The translations under genes and the position numbers were made by a program. Shown in pieces: positions 52,198 through 64,000 of a stretch of DNA of 64,000 nucleotides (its first letter is position 1; each line of letters opens with the position of its first letter). The stretch lies in assembly GCF_009914755.1 (NCBI RefSeq), contig NC_060942.1, one strand, 5' to 3'. Source of the stretch: the human T2T-CHM13v2.0 reference genome, Homo sapiens. The notes below the pieces were generated by a model, which saw only the letters and a list, made by a program, of their open reading frames with translations, ran no database searches and was not told the origin of the DNA.

Positions 52198-53199
52198 GAT
52201 AAATTGTGACCACCAAAAACAACAGAATTCATAACTGGCACGATGCAGCTATTTCTCCACTAAGGGCCCTGAGTGTTCTTTGAGTGTAAAATTTGTGTTT
52301 CTATTTTGGTGGTTATCTAAAAAAAAGCTAGCATCTGTGTGTTGCAGATCATCTGGCTGATTACCGCACAGCTCGAATTCTGCTTCATGATGCCTGCATT
52401 CACATTTTGTCTTGGATTCCAGATGTACTGGCACTACTGAGATGCTGAAAGCTCGGGATCCCCTATAACTATGTCTTCTTCATCACCAACCCAAGAGTAC
52501 AGCTGCAGAATTGCAAAGCCAGTTCTTCAGTGTAACATGCATATTTGATGATCGGTGTCCACCAAATTACAGGCTTTTATCTTTTTAATCTTTGGGAGTG
52601 AGAGTAGTTGACTTTTAATTTATGAATTTGTATTAAAAGCAAAAATGTCTGGAGAAAAGCGGTAAACTGGAAATTATGATTGGTGTAATTTACAATAGAA
52701 ATAGGCAATTTCGAATAAAGAGCAGAAAACCATACCTAATTTATGCATGAGGACAGAATGCATGCTGAAATTAAGACAAGATTGACACTGAAAGACTAGG
52801 CAGAAAAAAAAAACAGAACAGAAAAAGAAGAGAAGAGTGGTGGAAATGTCAACAGATTCCTAGTGGAAATATTTGCTCACAGCCATCAAGCTGTACAAGT
52901 TTGAAAAAGTAAGATCAACAAAATATATTACAAGGATCTTTCTGAACTGGCTCTCAACCTTTTCTTTTTCCCTCATCCCATTCTATTTATACACATCACA
53001 GTCCCAAGAATAACACAAGAAATTCTCCAAGTTTCCAAGAAGGGAAGATGGAGTGGAGGGCGCCCACCCTATCTCCAGTGGACATCCCCTGGGCTACTCC
53101 TCTCCTGATGAGAAAATGCTCACTTCAGCCAAGTGCAGAATGGTCCCCTTTGTTTTCGTGGGTATCAGTGGAGAATGAGATCCTTCATGTAAGTAAAAT

Positions 53200-54803
<1,604 letters not shown>

Positions 54804-55393
54804 TTTTTTTCATGACTTTAATACTCTAAGGAATGGCACAGCTCCAAATCCTCACAAATATACCTCATTCTTTGTAGTATATGTTTCTCTGCCTTATGAA
54901 ACTGTACGCTCCTCAAGTCCAAATTAATTCCAACGTCACCTTGATTGGTCCCACACTGACCTCTAGCCTAAATTAATCACTGTCTCCTCAGGAGATTCAG
55001 CATATTTGTTTCTACGTTGGATGACCTTTGCATAAGGAACCAACCGGCTGTTTGCTCAGAAGGAGGCTGTGGCAGCATAGGCACTTACACTGTCATATTC
55101 AACACACTGAATTCTAGATACCTGCCTGGCTGTCTCTTCTGCTGCAGGATCAAGTCTTATTTAGTTTTCTGTCCCAGTGTCTAACACAGTGCCTTGAATG
55201 GGGAGACACTCAGCCATCATTTACTAAATTGAAATGAATTGTGAGAATGCATTGCAGATGCACCTGAATTGGGAGTTACCAAAAAGAGAGAAAAGAGGAA
55301 ATTGTACTGGAGTCAAAGATAAATTTAATCTAATTCATATTTATGATCACAGAGATCATGTCAGCATATGAAACTCTAGTGCATGAATTAGGG

Positions 55394-55696
55394 CAGCAGA
55401 CCCCAACCTTTTTGGGACCAGGGACCGGTTTCATGGTTTCATGGAAGACAATTTTTCCACGGACCAGGGGTGGGGAAGATGAAACTGTTCCACCTCACAT
55501 GATCAGGCATTAGATTCCCATACAGAGCACGCAACCTAGATCCCTCACATGCGCAGTTCACGATAGGATTCCTGCTCCTATGAGAATCTAATGCTGCCGC
55601 TGATCTGACAGGAGGCGGAGCTCAGGCAATAATGGCTCACCAGCCGCTCACCTCCTGCTGTGCTGCCGGTTCCTAACAGGCCACAGACCGGTACCT
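55394..55696 (+). mobile_element. MER1B hAT transposon relic
   Basis: ccccaacctttttgggaccagggaccggtttcatgg...gaagacaatttttccacggacc...gagaatctaatgctgccgctgatctgacaggaggcggagctcagg. Confidence 0.92.
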
Positions 55697-55816
55697 TCAC
55701 AGAAGAAACAACCTGGGCCCCTTGCCTATTGTTAGTGTGTCCCTTCCCACAGTCACACCCTCTTGTACCTGTCCCTGGGAGGAAAACACAAGGTATCAGT
55801 AAGTTTGAAATTCCCC

Positions 55817-57727
<1,911 letters not shown>

Positions 57728-58617
57728 TGATAGTTTCCAATATTTTGCTCTCACAAGAAATGCTGAAACAAATCACCTTTTATATCTATTGTTTTGCACA
57801 TATGTATATACAGCTGTTGGATAAAGTCCTACAAATACCATTGCTGAGTGAAATAATAAGATCACTTGTAATTTTGCTAAATATTTGTAAGTTCGCTATT
57901 TAGTTAACTACTTGTAATTTTGCTAAATCTTCCATGATAAACATTTGATAGACATTATTAAATTGTCCTATGAGGTTTAATTTTTTTTCACAACAAATCA
58001 GATATGAACAATCAGAGTTTGCAAGTCCTGATTACACAGAGACATTAATCATGGATCATGCAAACTCCAATTATCCTGTTCTATCTGCCCTCCAAAACGA
58101 GGAACAGGTAAGGATTATCCCACCTGATGATAGGATTACATTATTAATCCAGGTTTATAAAAAGTTTTCAGAGTGACAAAGTGTGATTTTATTTTAGAGA
58201 CACATATGCGAGAATATGATTACTGTGTTTGGTTTAAATTTCAAAAAGTGACAAGAGATTGTAGAAGTGGATCATTTGTCATTGTTAGGGTTACAGTGTC
58301 TTTCCTGATAGGGCTGGTTGGCGGCTCAGTTTCTTGTTCTTTCTTGTCATTAAAGAGTTTTGTTCTCAGAAAGGAAATAATCTGTGCTCTTTGATGTGGT
58401 TCAGAAAAAAGAGACCAACACCACATTTTAAAACTCTTTGTGGCAGATCGTCCACGAGCAGCTCTTTAAGAGAAGCAGCTCACAGAGCTCTGGCTCAAAC
58501 AAGAGAAGTTTTTAGAGAACATAGAGAATGTCTGACTCTGGAAGAATTTCCTCAAGAAAACACAAAAGCAAAGAATGGAAAATGCAAACACAATTATTCT
58601 TCCTCTGATGGGAATAA

Positions 58618-61523
<2,906 letters not shown>

Positions 61524-61667
61524 TGGGTAGAAATCTTGATTAGGATTAGACCTGGACAAAGATATTTCCAAAAGTCCCTTGTGAAACTGAAAAGTAATGA
61601 ACATGTTTCAGTCTTCAGACAGCGTCTATCATTTTTTTTAAGTGTTTAAAAAGTAATGTGCCAATCT

Positions 61668-62035
61668 TTGTACTCCTATGTTCATAGTAGTACTACTCAC
61701 AATAGCCAAAGGATAGAAGCAACTCAAGCGCCCCTTGTTTCTTCCATTCATGAATGAATAAACAAAATGTAGTGCGTACATACAATGGAACATTCAGCCT
61801 TAAAAAGGAAGGAAATTCCGACACATGCTCCAACATTGATGAACCTGGAAGACACGATGCTAAGTGAAATAAGCCAGACACAGAAAGGCAAAGAGTACAC
61901 GATTCCACTTGTATGCGGTATCTATGACAAAATAGTCAAATTCATAGAATCAAAGAGTGGAATGGTGGTTGCCAGGGACTTGAGTAGGAGGCAGGGGGGA
62001 ATTATTGTTTGATGGGTACAGAGTTTCATTTCAGT
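61668..62035 (+). mobile_element. L1MB 3' region fragment
   Basis: atgttcatagtagtactactcacaatagccaaagg...taaaaaggaaggaaattccgacacatgc...gctaagtgaaataagccagacacagaaagg. Confidence 0.9.
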
Positions 62036-62039
62036 TGTT

Positions 62040-63770
<1,731 letters not shown>

Positions 63771-64000
63771 AAATCTTTTCTGGAAAGTCTTCTTGGACCT
63801 CTTCAGATCTCTTCCTCCAGTGAATTCTGTGACACTAATTACTTTTTTCCCCCCATGATACATAGGGCTTTGGGCTATGAAAGTATAATTTTCAAAAAGA
63901 TAAAAGCCTGACTCTCATACAAATGTAGAATGAACACATGTCAATTATGTATGTAACTAATTCACAAGGGTGCCAGGAGGATGTAAAACTAGTTCAAAGG

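Overview
This is not prokaryotic DNA. It is primate (human-like) non-coding genomic sequence, very rich in Alu elements: about 80 Alu/FLAM/FRAM/FAM copies by my hand count, roughly a third of the window. It also holds many MaLR/ERV solo LTRs, DNA-transposon relics, and MIR, L2 and L1M fragments. I find no supportable protein-coding gene; the supplied ORFs are Alu-derived, low-complexity or chance GC-rich frames. The firm RNA-gene features are a full-length 7SL retropseudogene (42.1-42.5 kb) and a full-length U6 retropseudogene (44.4 kb), both with target-site duplications (TSDs). Repeat-poor islands look regulatory: possible minus-strand first exons with a MEF2/TATA element (0.6-1 kb), a CpG island (7.4-8.0 kb), a strong CTCF motif (20.85 kb), a motif-dense enhancer candidate (23.5-24.8 kb) and a GAS+IRF+octamer cluster (31.4 kb). 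The most unusual structures are a fold-back micro-inversion shown by a split THE1/L1MB element (48.7-49.2 kb) and a ~50-nt poly(A)-tailed retro-insertion matching the predicted start-site region of a MER57 LTR (37.3 kb). Two smaller oddities are a locally templated inverted duplication inside an Alu (59.8 kb) and a triplicated 7SL 3' end. I cannot name the locus and see no evidence for a new multi-gene system. Repeat subfamily names come from recalled consensus sequences and need RepeatMasker/Dfam confirmation; most repeat boundaries are approximate.
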